Below are positions 50,181 to 63,700 of a stretch of 64,000 nucleotides of DNA, piece by piece (positions within the stretch are counted from its first letter, which is position 1; each line of letters starts with the position of its first letter). Under the pieces are notes generated by a model. It was not told the DNA's origin and searched no databases. It saw nothing but the letters and a program-made list of their open reading frames with translations. A program made the translations under genes and the position numbers. The stretch comes from Camelus dromedarius. Its lineage: Eukaryota. The stretch covers positions 38,008,001-38,072,000 of the forward strand of contig NC_087437.1 in NCBI RefSeq assembly GCF_036321535.1. Reading direction: 5' to 3'.

Positions 50181-53009
50181 AATTATAAAGTATTATAAGA
50201 AATGTGAGATTAAAATTTAATGCAACACATTTGATTTTTTATAATCATCACCTATGTTTGTAACATTGGATAAAACAAAAAGGGACTAAAACCAGATGCC
50301 CGAATAGTAGTATAATCACATCTTTATAATAATAATTATATAGTTTATTTTAATCTGCCTAAATAGTAGCCAAAATGGATAAAATATTGTCCTTATTATT
50401 TTAATGACCAAATTGGGTGCTTTCCATGATGGTGTTGGTTGATTATGCAAAACTCAGTTAGAAAAAATAGCTTGATTAGAATACTGTAGTCTTACAGAAA
50501 CAATTATAATGATGCTATATCTATGAATAGAAACTATCAATATTATCAAAACTTTAAACAACTATGATGTATCATATTTTCCTAAAGAAGTGATTAATTT
50601 TTTGTTGTTGGTTGGTGGAATGGAAATAGAAACTCAAATAGTATATAATTTTCATTTCTTTCTTATTTTTTGGAGTAAATATTACAGAAAACCAAAAAAA
50701 ATTTTTTCATCAGGTTTCTCACATTAATTTATTAAAATTTTCTATTCTTTTAAAGTAAGTTCAGAGTAAAAATCCTGTAGATTAAGGTAAACTATAGTTG
50801 AATTATAATGTTTGTCTACCTTTCTGATATCATTCAAGATTCTTTAAAAAAATTGTTTTTGTTCCAATCTCTCATGGTAAAGGACAGTTTTAAAATAAAG
50901 TAATATTTTTAGAAGCTTATTTGTCCAATGCCAAATTTTCCTTAGGAAATAGCATTGAAATTCTCCCTATCTGGAACATAATAATATTTTATTACACTTG
51001 TAATAGTTACAGTTGTTTTTAATGACCAGTTATCACTGTAGGAGTACATTAAGATATTCATTTTAAAAATTGAGATCAAAATGGAGAAATTTTAGTAGAA
51101 TTTTTAAAATAAAATGTATTTTACTCATAGTTAAATTTTTATGATTCAAATAGGTTTTGTTGAGTTGGCTTTCATTAAGAAAAATTGACTGCCTCGTATA
51201 GTCTTGCTTATTTTAAATAATGTTAAGTATTCTGACACCAGCTATTGAAAAAGGAGTGATAGAAATGTCAGATGCCATTTATGAATTCATAAATACTGAT
51301 GAAAAATAGATTTCAAGGAATTTTTCTGGACACATCAAATACATAGCTAGTCTTTGTATACTAGTTGCATACATTGTGAGGAAACCATGAAAAAAGTTTG
51401 CATTTTTTAAAGTAACTTTTGGTATGTTTAATTTCTAATATCCAGTGATATTTTATAAACAAATACTACATAATCAATCCACTGTGAAAAGATTGTATTT
51501 AGGAAAAATCTATTTAAATTAAATACCAAGTTTAGTTTTCTTTTGTAAACTTAATAAATAAATATTTAATTTTAAAGGCTATGACTGTATTGTGGTTACC
51601 TTATTCCTACTAGAACTCAAGAAGGCCAATTTTGAAAGCATTCAGACTGCTGTGAATATTCCAGAATTCCATTTATATCTACAAAATAGAGGTATATACT
51701 ACAGAAGAAAGTTGAATATAATGCTACCTGTGGGTAAGTTAAGAAAGTGAAATATAGGAAAAGAGAAAACTGTCATCAATTATGGAGTGATACACTTAAC
51801 AGTTACTTATTCCTTTTGAATTTATATATATAGTTTCATCACTAAGAAAGCCAAAGTCTATGTTTACCTTTTATATTTAAAAAGCAGATGATCCATATGT
51901 ATTTCTCAAGATATTATGAAATTATTTCCTTTGGTGATTAATGGGTGTCCATACATTATTTAGTATTTAGCTTGTGGAAGACAAAACTGTCATGAACTTT
52001 CATTTTTCTATATTGTCAAAATATTTATCCTTTATTTTCTGTAGACTATTTGGGAGGTTGGATGGATAACATTAAGCCAATCTAAATGAAAATATTGAAG
52101 TCCAGGTACAAAAAAATAGCTAAACCCAATTTCCATGTGGTTTCAATTTAAACATTTTATGAGAGTTTTTTAACTTTAATGTCAAGACATCAAACCATTG
52201 CCAAATCACAATATTTGTAGGTGTCTTGTGTGGCATAACAACTTAAATATAGGACACTTTCATTTCATTGCTATATAATAAGAATTTGGGATGAATGAAT
52301 AGATTTTAAAGATTCTTTTTGACATTCAAGATGCATAGAAATATGTTACTTGGCATTATGTATGTGTCTATATAATTGCATATGCATAACTATTTAGATT
52401 CATTGCTCATATTTAGCATAAGTTTATCGGTAACTTAAATGTGCTAGGTAACTACTAATTAGATTAATTAGTAACTAACTAATCTCGCGCCTATTACTAT
52501 GCATTTTTATTATCTAAGAGTAGCATATTTTCATATTATAGTACCTTCTAAGGTAAAGTACATAATAGGATAATGTACACAAGTTATCTAAGAGAAGAGG
52601 CATTGTTTTTATGATTAAATTTATAATAGTAAAAGTTGACTTTAGGATATTTAGTAGAGCATGGCCATTAGTTAAATTTCCTTCACTATCAAACTTCAAA
52701 AAAAGGTATTATCAAGGTAAGAATTATGTTATTATCATAATTTATTGGGAAATGCCCTTATTTCTTTAGTATTTTACAGTAGTCACTAGAGTTCTACACA
52801 TTCTTAGGATTTTTAATGTTAAGATTATTAAAAATATCATTAAAAATTGCCATTCTTAATCATGCTTACTATATGACAGACATTGTGTTAGATGATTTAA
52901 ATTCATTCTCTACTTTCACAGTAATTATAGAAGCTGAAATTTATTTTGGAGACAAAAATGTAAGTTTTAGGTAGGCTATATTCTTGCTTACTGAGTTTTT
53001 AAAAATATA

Positions 53010-53623
53010 TATCCATTAATGGATAAATGGATAAAGAAGTTGTGGTATGTGTATATATATATATAGATAGATAGATAGATATAGATATAGATAGATAGAT
53101 ATAGATATTCAGTCGTAAAATAAGAGAAAATTCTACCATCTGCAACAACGTGGACAGAATTTGAAGGCATTATGCTAAATGAAATAATTTAGGCAGAAAG
53201 AAAAATACTACTGCATGATCTCACTTATACATAGAATTTAAAAACAAAAACAAAAACACACCAATCTCATAGAAAAAGAGATTAGGTTTGTGATTACCAG
53301 AGGTGGAGGGTGGGAAAGAGGGATTGGAGGAAACGGTCAAAAGGTACAAACTTTTGTTTATACGATAGATAAGTAGAAGGGATGTAATGTACAACATGAC
53401 GATGCTGTACGATATACAGTAAAGTTGCTGGTGTAGATCCTAAGAGTTCTCATTACCAGAACTTTTTCTTTTCTTTTTATTGTATCTATATGAGATGATG
53501 GATGTTAACAAAATCTTCTGTAATAATTTCACAATACATGTGAATCAGACTCTCATGCTGTACATCTTAAACTTATACAGGGATGTATGTCAATTATTTC
53601 TCAATTAAACTGGGGAATAAAAA
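53010..53623 (+). mobile_element. L1 3' end (L1MA9-like), containing an (AGAT)/(AGATAT) microsatellite at ~53050-53108
   Basis: 'tccattaatggataaatggataaagaag', 'ccatctgcaacaacgtggacagaatttgaaggcattatgctaaatgaaata', 'ggtcaaaaggtacaaactt' and 'gtatgtcaattatttctcaattaaactgg'. Confidence 0.85.
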
Positions 53624-54705
53624 GAGAATTAGGTTTGTTATTGATGGTTATACTCCATATGAGCTATGGGAAATATTTTTCTGTTCAATTTGTGATTTTC
53701 TAGCAGGAAGTTTAAAATCATAGGCAAAATCTTTATGAAAGTTTTCCATATTTTCTCTACCAGGAAGATTATGCCAATATAAAATATCTTGATATGCACT
53801 ATATATAGCGCCCTGGAAGGGTGCAGATTCCTGGGACACACACTTCCTTCACTTGTGTGCTCATGTTTTTTAAGGAATTAACTGAATACTCTGTATAGCT
53901 TTTATCACTTTAAAACATTTGTTTCCATTTTGTCCTTTGGTGTATTATTTTGTTTCCAGCTTTCCACTCGGAGGCAAAATTGTGAAATCGGGACAAACAC
54001 CACTAGACCCCGATGCCATTGGGGGTAAGGATGCAAAGTGTTCATCAGCTCTGCCCTGGTGGCCATGTGGACAACCAAGTTCCTCCATTTGAAATTAATA
54101 ACATGTTATTTGACACTGGTTTCCTTAGCAGTTTTTGAGGCAACATGCTATTTCCTTTTATTTCTTAAAAATTGTTCTTTAGTATACCATTAAATGAAGA
54201 GCTGGTGTGGTGCTTTCATCTCAAGGGATGAAGTGTGACAAGATCAGAAGATAAGACTGAGGGGAAACTTCTGAACAAACAGAAACATACGATTCAGGAT
54301 TAATACATTAAGACTCTGACAAAAACATGAAGTAGAGTAAATTATCCTTTTTTTTTTACATTTTACTTGAGTTATAAAGTTAAATTGACTGAAATGTATT
54401 TCACAACGATGATAAAAATGAAGCTGCAGTGCACAACTGATAGCTGAAATAGATAGAGTAAATCTTTAACTTTTAAAATCAGCCATGAAAACAATACCAA
54501 TGTTAAATTTTAATTAGCAGAACGTAACAACCTGAGAAATGAAACAATCTGGCTCAAAAATGGAAGGCTCAAAATGCAAATGATTCTAAAGTGGAGGGAT
54601 TTAAATCTCTCCATTGAAGAGTCAATTACATACCTCACACAGGAGGTGAAATTAGAAAAATTCTATCCATGCAGGTGGAGGTCTAAATAAATTTCCATTT
54701 AATAC

Positions 54706-55330
54706 TGAGACAGGAAGTGGGCAGGTCACAGCCATTCAAGGAATGCTACAGCAATTAACATCAAAATGGTGAAAGATTCAACCCCCAGTACGACGTGAGG
54801 CTCAAGATGGTGGGAGATTTGACTTCTAGCAGATCTTGAGCTTCACTATACGCCCAATGTAATATATTAACATGGTGAATAACATGCCCACAGGCACCAG
54901 GCTAGCCACAAAAGGTCAAAGAGTGGGAAATGGCCAACTTCCTAGGAATCCCAGCCCCTACCCTAGACTAGCTAGACTGGCCCTTCCACCTATTAGCATA
55001 TGAAGCCACTGAGCTCATAGAAACTGGCAACATGGTGCCTCGCAGTGGCCCTCTCTCTCTCTCCCATTCAGAGATGGCCCATACTCTGTCTATGGAGTGT
55101 GTACCTACTTTTACTCTAATCTGAGCACCCAACCCCCACACCTCGTGGCCTTTGTCTTGCTTTTTGATGTAACTCTCTAAATAAATCTACCTTCTCTTAA
55201 CTGTAGCTCGCTCTTAAATTATTTCCTGTGTGAAGCCAAGGATCCACACTTTGCAGGGTACATCCCAGGGGCTCAACCAAAGCCTGGGACATGGCCCTTC
55301 TCATGCCCCATATCCTTTTTTCCTGCATCA
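54706..55330 (+). mobile_element. Intact ERV1-type solo LTR (MER41-like), 625 bp
   Basis: Termini tgagacagga...tcctgcatca with perfect 4-bp TSD atac (54702-54705, 55331-55334). AATAAA at ~55180. 'ctcgctcttaaattatttcctgtgtgaagccaagga' resembles the MER41-family R/U5 region. Confidence 0.85.
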
Positions 55331-55864
55331 ATACCAAAGGACAAGAATCTGAAATAGAAGTGAAGACACAGTTACCTATGTATTCATGAACAGATGCCCC
55401 ACCTGCATGCGGACATGCTTGACAAAAGGGTGTAAAAGTGGAGGGGAATTTAAGAATAAAGAATAAGTGGAAAAGTAAGAAAATTATTTTAAACATAAGA
55501 GAGGTTTTGTATGAATAAACAATGGTGATGTTTCAGGGATAAATGAATTATCTACATCTACCAACAAACACAAAATTCAACTGAACAAAAGAAATTAATT
55601 TGATTTGCTCTTCAAAAACTCTACTTTTGGATTTCTGTTTTCAGCATTAAAATTTTAATTTGTAAATGCAAAATGAAGGCATTCATCTGATAATTTAGAC
55701 TTCTTATTTCCTCAGCAAGGTGGTAGGGCACATGGATAACCATTGTTACCTTCCTAGTGCATGGAGTTTCAGCCTAAGCACAGAATTATGAGTAAGCACT
55801 GGACACAGTGGGGATTAAGAAATAATAGTAAACATAGCAGACTCTAGATTGGAAAGGTGACAAC

Positions 55865-56040
55865 ATGATCTAGTGGGGAAAAAAAGGGCTTTGGTATCAG
55901 AAAGACTTGGGTCAGAAGCCCACTTTAAACCATGCCAGCCGCTTGACTTTGCCCAATTTATTTCAATCTATCTCTTCATCTAACTAGTAGAGATAATACC
56001 TTCTAAGCCAATTTGTTATGAAAATGAGATGAAATTAAAT
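55865..56040 (+). mobile_element. MIR SINE
   Basis: 'ctagtgggga...gggctttggtatcagaaagacttgggtc...ttgactttgcccaatttattt...ctcttcatct...agataatacct...ttgttatgaaaat'. Confidence 0.7.
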
Positions 56041-56048
56041 TAAAATAA

Positions 56049-56233
56049 GCTGCACAGGTCCACTTACATGCATTTTTTTTCTGTAATAAATGCTATAGTA
56101 CATGATCCTCCACTGTTTGAACCTGAGGCTGTCAAACTGCCTCTACAGAGGGCCAACAGTAAATCATACTGGATTTTCAACTTTGCAGGAGGGTGGGCAC
56201 CCCCAACTCCAGTGTTTGTTCAAGGGTCAACTG
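56049..56233 (+). mobile_element. Tigger-family MITE, MER8-like (right part)
   Basis: 'tgcacaggtccacttacatgcatttttt', 'ggattttcaactttgcaggagggtgggcacccccaactcc' and terminal 'gttcaagggtcaactg' followed by the TA target dinucleotide. Confidence 0.8.
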
Positions 56234-57674
56234 TACATTCAGTCAGCCAATCGCCAAATATCAACTCAGGGCTCTACTCTTATTTCCTTGTTATTTAATC
56301 TTTCTTAATAAGGTCATAGATGCAACCACAGAAGTCATTGCTTCTAAAGTTCAATAACTCACTCTTGCCCAAATATCAAAGAAAGCCCCACTGCCTGTGA
56401 GGCACGGTATCCAACCCCCCCACCCCCCACCCTGCCACAGAGCTGCTTTCCCTTGAATAAAGAACACAAAACCCATTACCTGTTTTATTTTTGTCATTTG
56501 ACAGCAATGAATATAAATTTATGTTTTAAGCAAATTTTCTGTAAAAGTTTCCACATAAGAAAGGGCAATTGCAAAGATGAAGTTTAATTTCTATTTCAAA
56601 GTTAATAAATTTTCTCACTTTAATATTACTTTTTCATTACATATAAATGATCTCCATTGTACTAATGGTAGAAAAAAGAATGTAATTAATTAGAGAAAGA
56701 TATAAACCTTCTAATATCGCTCTCTACTATAATTTAGGTGGAGATCAAAAAATCTATCTTAATTTACACATAGTCTATTATAAGCCTGGGTACTAATAAA
56801 ATATCTTCTCCATCAAGTTGATGGAGAAGACAAGATTAGGACTTGTACATCCTTGAATTTTAATTATTTTTTATCATCATTAGGTTTCTTTAACTCCCAC
56901 AAAGGTTACTTTGTATAAAAAAAAAACTTTTATTACAAAGTCTGAGTAATTCATTTTCTATTAACTCAGATTGGCAAGTAAAACATGGTAAATAGGGGTT
57001 TTTTTTGTAATAACTTGAAAATGAAATCTGAGATTGCAAAGTCTAGTGTTATAAATAGAATTAGCTTGAAGAATCTACAAATAATATTTTCTGATTTATG
57101 TTATTTTCCCCTCATTCTTTAGTTCAGAGTTCATTAGTATGATTCAAAAGTCTTTATAAATACATTTTATGAAACTTGCATTTCCCAGAGTTTATCTCTT
57201 CTAAAGTAGAAAAGATAAGAAAACAAAAATCCAAAAATGAACAACAAAATAAGCTCAAATGCATATTCAGAGCTTTAGAGATTTAGGCTAAGAAAGAAGG
57301 AAACCTTATTTCTACTAAAGTGTTAATATTTAGATCAGCTTTTGCCCTTATGATGTTAATCTTTATTTTCCTTGGGTCACTTAACTTTCAATGGAAACAC
57401 TAAATATGCAAACTAAGAGCTGCCGACAGCCAGTCCTGGAAACACAGCCGGGATCTTAGAAATGCAGCCAAGTCCCTTGAGAGCCCCGTCCATCCCTGCT
57501 GGCCTGGTCCTGTTGTGAGAGGAGCTCTCACTTCAGTGTCCTGCTTTCCTTCCATTCTTCCTACCAACCTGCGCGCCCTGCACTGAACTTCCCTCTAACA
57601 CCTTTCTCAGCTTTTGCTAAACCTTACTGCTAGGGGCTTCTTCCCATTCTCTGCAGGCCATCTGACCTCCAATT

Positions 57675-57887
57675 AGGGTTACTAGATTTAGCAAAAACAA
57701 GACAAAACACCAAATGTGAATTTTAGCTAGACAACAAGTAAATTTTTTTTTAGTATAAGTATGCCTCATGTAGATTTATGAGACATGCTTACACTAAAAA
57801 AAAAAAAAAAAGAAAGAAAGAAAAGTGTTTGCTGTTCAGCTGACCTTCTAATATAACTGGCTACCCTGTACTTTATCTGTCAACCTG
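57675..57887. mobile_element. MER53-like palindromic hAT MITE
   Basis: Terminal 'agggttactagatt...' / '...tatctgtcaacct' and central inverted repeat 'ttttagtataagtatgcctcat...atgagacatgcttacactaaaa'. Confidence 0.8.
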
Positions 57888-58114
57888 ACTCGTAGAGTGT
57901 ATCTGGAAATATGTTAGGCATTTTACATGTAGTTTCTCCAATTTCCATGACAACCCAGGAAATTAATATTAGTACTCCCTTATTACAGATAAGGAAAATA
58001 AGGGCAAAAAAAAAAAAAATTCAATTATTTGTTCTTTCCCTCTCCCACTGGTACGCAAAAATTCTAATTGAGAAGGAGCAAACCCAGGAAAGATGTACCT
58101 GAATTCCTCCATGA

Positions 58115-58322
58115 GACCACAGGGTTCAAATTGGAGCTCTGGTTTTTACTAATAGCTGTGGAATTTTGAGCATCTTAAGCTCTTTAAGCCTCAGTATCCT
58201 CTTCACCACCTGCTGATGGTGATCATACTTCCTTAGAGAGTTGGCACAAGGAGAGTGAAGCCCTAAGCAGAGAGCCAGCACATGTCAGCAGCCAATAAAT
58301 TGTTACTGGTGTTATTATTACT
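58115..58322 (+). mobile_element. MIR SINE
   Basis: 'agaccacagggttcaaattggagctctgg...tactaatagctgtg...cttaagctctttaagcctcagtatcctc...ccaataaattgttactggtgttattatta'. Confidence 0.7.
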
Positions 58323-59124
58323 ACAAACAATACTGTCGGCTTAACATTGCTCGGCCAAAGGCTTCTCGGTCAGTAGCTTCTTAAGACTATTCAGACCACA
58401 TAATATGCTAATGATTCTTATTTATAGGTCATGTGTGAGGCATATTCCTTAAGGGCTCAGTTATTTTGATTATAACCATGATCATTTTATTTTAACAAAT
58501 TAATTTTCCTAACAGGTATTGCATAATACTTCCCTGAATGTTAAAGGACCCATGGAAGGCACGATGTAACATGTTTTGTGGTCTCAGGGTCAACATTTTG
58601 TCACTACTCACAGGAGCTTGCATATCAGAGGTTATTATCCCCCCCCCCCCGCCTCACCCCTGCCCCATCCCCACAGCTGCCGTCTAGCTGCTAGTCTGTG
58701 ACCTCTCCGCTCTGTTGCTTCCGGTCTTATGCTCTCAGAAAACTGCTGCTTCTGATTTGTCTCTTGTCTTAAAAAATAAAGGAATAATTCTTTTAGAATT
58801 GAGGACACATCATAAGTCCATAGGTTCCAAGGATGAAATACAACCTTTTCTGTGGAATAAAATCAAAGAAGTATTTCATGATAGCTTTTTGTTAATGTTC
58901 AGAATATTCAGGTGGTGATTTTGTTTATTTTCCCTTTGCTTCCCATCTCTTGAAGCACCTTAGTTTGTGCTTGGCAAAATCCAAGTTACTGACAGCCTAA
59001 TTTCTAACCAAAGTGTTTGCATTGTATTTAGATGCATTGTTTTCTGAAAATAAAATAAATAAATAAATGAATAAAATTAGGGAGATGAGTATGATGCTGA
59101 CTCAAAACCAAATTAGCCACATTA

Positions 59125-60775
59125 ATCATTGCACCATTCCCATCAGCACACAAACATGTTGCAATATCTCCCATTAAAAAAAAAGTAAAAACAAAAAAAC
59201 CTCCTGCTCTCTCTTGACCCCACTTTCCCTGATTCGATTTTCCTGTTCCATTTAAAAGTAAAGCTCTTTGCAAAAGGTGATTCAAATGGTAATTTCTGAT
59301 TCTTCTCCTCCCATTCTCTTTTGAATCTCCATTAAGGTTTTCATTCCCACCATTCCATCGAAATATCAGATAATTTTGTCACCAATAACCTCCACAGTTC
59401 CAAACCCACAAACCCTTTATGTATAGTTTCATAGAGGTTTCATTATACTTATCCTGTATTTGATACAGATACTCACTCTCTCCTTGAAATGCTTTCTTCC
59501 CTTGATCTTGGGGAGATATCTTGTTCTCCTAGTTGCCCTTTCAAATCATTGGCTACTTATTCTCTCTGCTGTTTACTCTTCCGCCTCCAAATCTAACCTT
59601 GGAGAGCTCAGGCATCTGCTCTGTCTACAGCCTCTGTAAGTGATCTAATCCTGTCTCGTGGCTCTAAATGCCATCTTCATGTTGTTAGATACCATATTTA
59701 TATCTCTAGCTTCTACCTCACTCTTGAATTTCAGACTTCAGTGTCAGAATAGCTATTTTATTGCCCCAAGTGTCCACAAAACAGTCACTTTAACTTAAAA
59801 TGTTTTAAACTGCACTTTTGACCACACACTCCCAACCACATCCTCCCACAGTCATCCCTATCTCAGAAAATGCCACCTCTGTTCTCCTGATGGCTCAGGT
59901 CAAAAACCTTGGGGCATCCTTGTCTCCACTTGTCCTCTCATATCCCACAGACACTCTATCAGCAAACCCTGTCAGAGCTTCTTTCAAAGTATATCCTGAA
60001 TCTGACTATTCCTTTCCATTTATACCTAATCCAACATGACATCATTTCTCACCTGGATTGCTGCCTGAGCCTCCTAGCTCTTCTCTCTGCTTCGCCCTTA
60101 TTTACCTCCCAGTCAGAGAGATGCTTATAAAGTTTGGGTCAATTGCCCCAAATATTTCATGGCTTACAGTTCCACTCAGAGTAGATTCTAAAAAACATAT
60201 CTAAGCTCCAAATTCTATACATCTCGACCCTCTGTACTTCTCTAACTTTCCTTTCTACCACTCAACCCTCACATAGACTAGCTTTCCTGGGGTTCCTGCA
60301 ACATCCTAAAGCTTTCAGTCTTAGGGCACGTCCTTGCTGCTTTCTCTTCTGAGAACACTTTTTCCCCAAGATATCCACACAGTATTTCTCTCCTGGATAG
60401 CCACATGATTCACTCTGTCACTTGGCTCTAATATAACTTTGTGAGAGGCTTTTCATCACAACCCTACAAATAATCTCACATTCCACTCACTTCATGCTCT
60501 AAGCCTCTAACTCTGCTTAATATTTCCTCAGAGCTCTGATCACTATGGGACATACTATGTATCTGTTTATTGTCTCTCTCATTCTACTAGATTAGGCCCC
60601 TGAAGGTAGAAACTTTCTCTGTGATTTTTTCCCCCCCAACATTTTCCTCTTTGTTCTTTTCTTTCTTTCCCTGGATATTTTTTTATTACTGTTGTATTGA
60701 CATCACCCAGGTAATATTTGGTGCATATAGACTTCAAATATATCTGTTGAATGACTAGATGGAAGAATGAATAAA
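59125..60775 (+). mobile_element. L2 LINE, long 3' fragment
   Basis: 'cccatcagcacacaaacatgttgcaatatctcccatt', 'tttcattcccaccattccatcgaaa', 'ctcgtggctctaaatgccatct', 'gctcaggtcaaaaaccttggggcatccttg' and tail 'tcaaatatatctgttgaatgactagatggaagaatgaata'. Confidence 0.85.
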
Positions 60776-63700
60776 CAAATCACCATAATCTATGACCCAT
60801 CTATACAAAAAATTTTAACGTGTGGTTAGGAAGGACTCTGTAAGAGATGTAGATTTCTATTACAAAGAATTTGATAAAACATGTAATTTTTTTCTACTTC
60901 CAGAAACATTATCAAACTAATGAAAGCATGATGGGAACTATGGTTTTTAAGAAAAACATGAAATTCTAACACTTGTGGTATCATTGGCTTATAGTGGTTT
61001 ATCGGATAAGATATATTTTTTGTAATCAATATTTAACTCTAGTCATAAAATAAATATTATTTTGATATCAAGTTTAGAGAATGATACACCTAAAGTGATT
61101 CAATTTAATTTGTATGAGACATAGACTTACTTGCTTTTATATAACTGAGGTCTAGAGACAAGTTAATATTCACATTTCAGGTATAATAAACCTATAGATT
61201 ATCCTGTCAGGTTAATAGTACCTATCATGCTAATGTGAAGGTGTCCAGGCAGGCTATTAACACACAGAAAACTTAAAAGACTAGAATCATGCTTTTTACT
61301 ACTCTAATCTTGAGTGTTATTGACTGGGAAGGAAAATTGGCGCAAGAATAATTTCTGGGAACTCATCAATCTAACGAAATACATTTAAATCACATTTGAT
61401 TGTGGAAATCAGAAAAATACAGTATTTTCTACAGCCAAATATTTAAAGTCATATTTTGCTTACTGCATTTTGTTACTGAATGAAATATGAAGTTATTATT
61501 TTGTATCTGACATGTATTTGAAGTATTGCATTTATATACGTAGTCCTGAAAATGACTCTGATTTTTCAAAAATAATTGATGGATTAATTCTAATTTGAGA
61601 TTGAACTTAAAATTTACAAGTGGACTGAATGTTATAATTTTGTTTCCAAATACAAGGAAAACTTTGGGAAAACACAGAGAACAAACCCCACTAAATTATT
61701 TCCAAGTAAATGGATCCTACAAGTATGATTTCCCATGTTTTAACGAGACCCTTATACTACAGAAACATTTGTTTTCTCCTTCTTTGCTGTGATAGAGTAT
61801 TTCAAAACACTTAGCCAACGATATTTTAGTTTTGTAGTTATTTCATAGATGTAGTAGCCCTTTGGGGATTCTGGGTGTTTCTCTTTGTTCCACTGTCACT
61901 GAGAGTAAAATATTGCTGCACTGGGAAATGGTTTTGCAAGTGATCATATTCACATTTTAACTTCTCCCATAACATAATTCTACCTTTTCAAATAAGTTAC
62001 ACTAATGCTTGTATTTTTTTCACCTACATTTATATTCTATTTGTTAAACTTAAGGTCATTTATAGGAACACTGCAGCTAACATTTACTGTTTTAGTCCTT
62101 ACAAATTTCTCACCTAATTCCTAAGGGGGAGGAAAGGATCTGAAGCAATTGAACATTGATGCTGTCATGATAATAATAAAATAAATCCTAGGGGATTTGA
62201 ACCCTGACCCTTTTGTAAAGTCATCAAAATGTTTCAGTTAGGTTAATTATGATAATGTACCACAAATAATTACAGAATCAGAGGGTAAGGACTTTTTTCT
62301 TCAATCTGGAAACCACATGAACTATTATCTGTCAGGAAATCTAATTATAAGCCTGATGATAATTGGACTAGATGGCCAGATGACAGTGTTTCACAAACTT
62401 AAACTTGTCTCTGCATGTCAGGATGTCTAATTTTAGTCTGTTCTCTGCCCTGACCTCTGTACCATTAACCAGGCAGGTATCAGTATGCTAACACGTTAAA
62501 ATTGTAAGTTTGCAACCAAATGCATTTCCTAAGCATATTTAATGACTGCTTTCAATAATTCATGGTGAAGGCAGCCTGGTGAATGGATGATAGGAGGAAA
62601 TGGAAGCTAATAGTCTGGAGTCTTGGTTAATCTTTGTTCTGTCACCTATTAGCTCCAATTCACTTTTCTTCCATGGCCCACACTCTTCTCATCAGAAAAT
62701 GTTAGATAGTGTCATCATTTCAGCAAACTTTCATTCTAATATTAGCATCCATATACTTCACGCTTTGTCAGTGTTCACTTTAAACCTATCTTTAACTGCT
62801 ACCCTTTTGGTTTATTTAAGACATCACTTATGAAGAGGTGTGTTGTAATTAAGTTTTAGAATACTTATTCTAAGTTGAAAAATATGATTAAAAATAAATT
62901 CAAGTGTAATTTGAAAATGAATTTCTTGGTGAAAGGATTTGCACAAACTCTATAAAATGAGAACAGACGCATGCTAGGTTCCTACACAGAGCTGCAGTGT
63001 GAAGGAGCAGTGGCCCTCCACTTACCATTTCTTCCACTTTTCTTCAGTTTTTCTATTACCTTTTGAAAACTTAAAATGATCCCAGAAGAAGGAAAAAAAG
63101 AGCACACAAAGAAAATACACTTGTCTGAAAAATAAGTGGGGTTAAAATGTTATTTCAATCACTTTATTTCTTGTGTCATTTATAAATAAACACGATCGAA
63201 ATATACCTATTTAACACCAAATATTATTAAATCAACTTGGCATTATAAATATTAGAAAATGAATTATTATTAAGTCATTCCTACCAGTATAGTGAAGTTA
63301 GAGCAATGCATATGAAACACCCTTCCTCTATATTACTGGAATACAGCAATAAAGTTCATTGCTTTAGAAACCTGGCAAATCTGTACTTTCTGATGATTGC
63401 ATTTACAATTTAGCACTCAGAGGCATGTCTATTTTACATTCTCCCAATTATTCCAAAAAATCTTGTGCACTAAGAAATTATGGCTTAGCATTTCATTTAA
63501 GCTCACCTACTTTCAGTACAAATATCAAGAACTGTTCTTATTTCCTTTTTACAGATCAGTGAGCCAAGGGACTGAAAGTTTAGTAATGTATATTTGTTAC
63601 TATTTAATAAAGCGTTACTTCTGTGATAAAATCCCTTACACTGTAAGGGAATAAATAATAAAGTACATGAGAATGGCAGCAGGTGCACTGCTGTAAAGTT

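Noticed and set aside
52451..52471. Short inverted repeat tactaatta-gat-taattagta
   Set aside because: A 9-bp almost all-AT stem in very AT-rich DNA is not beyond chance.
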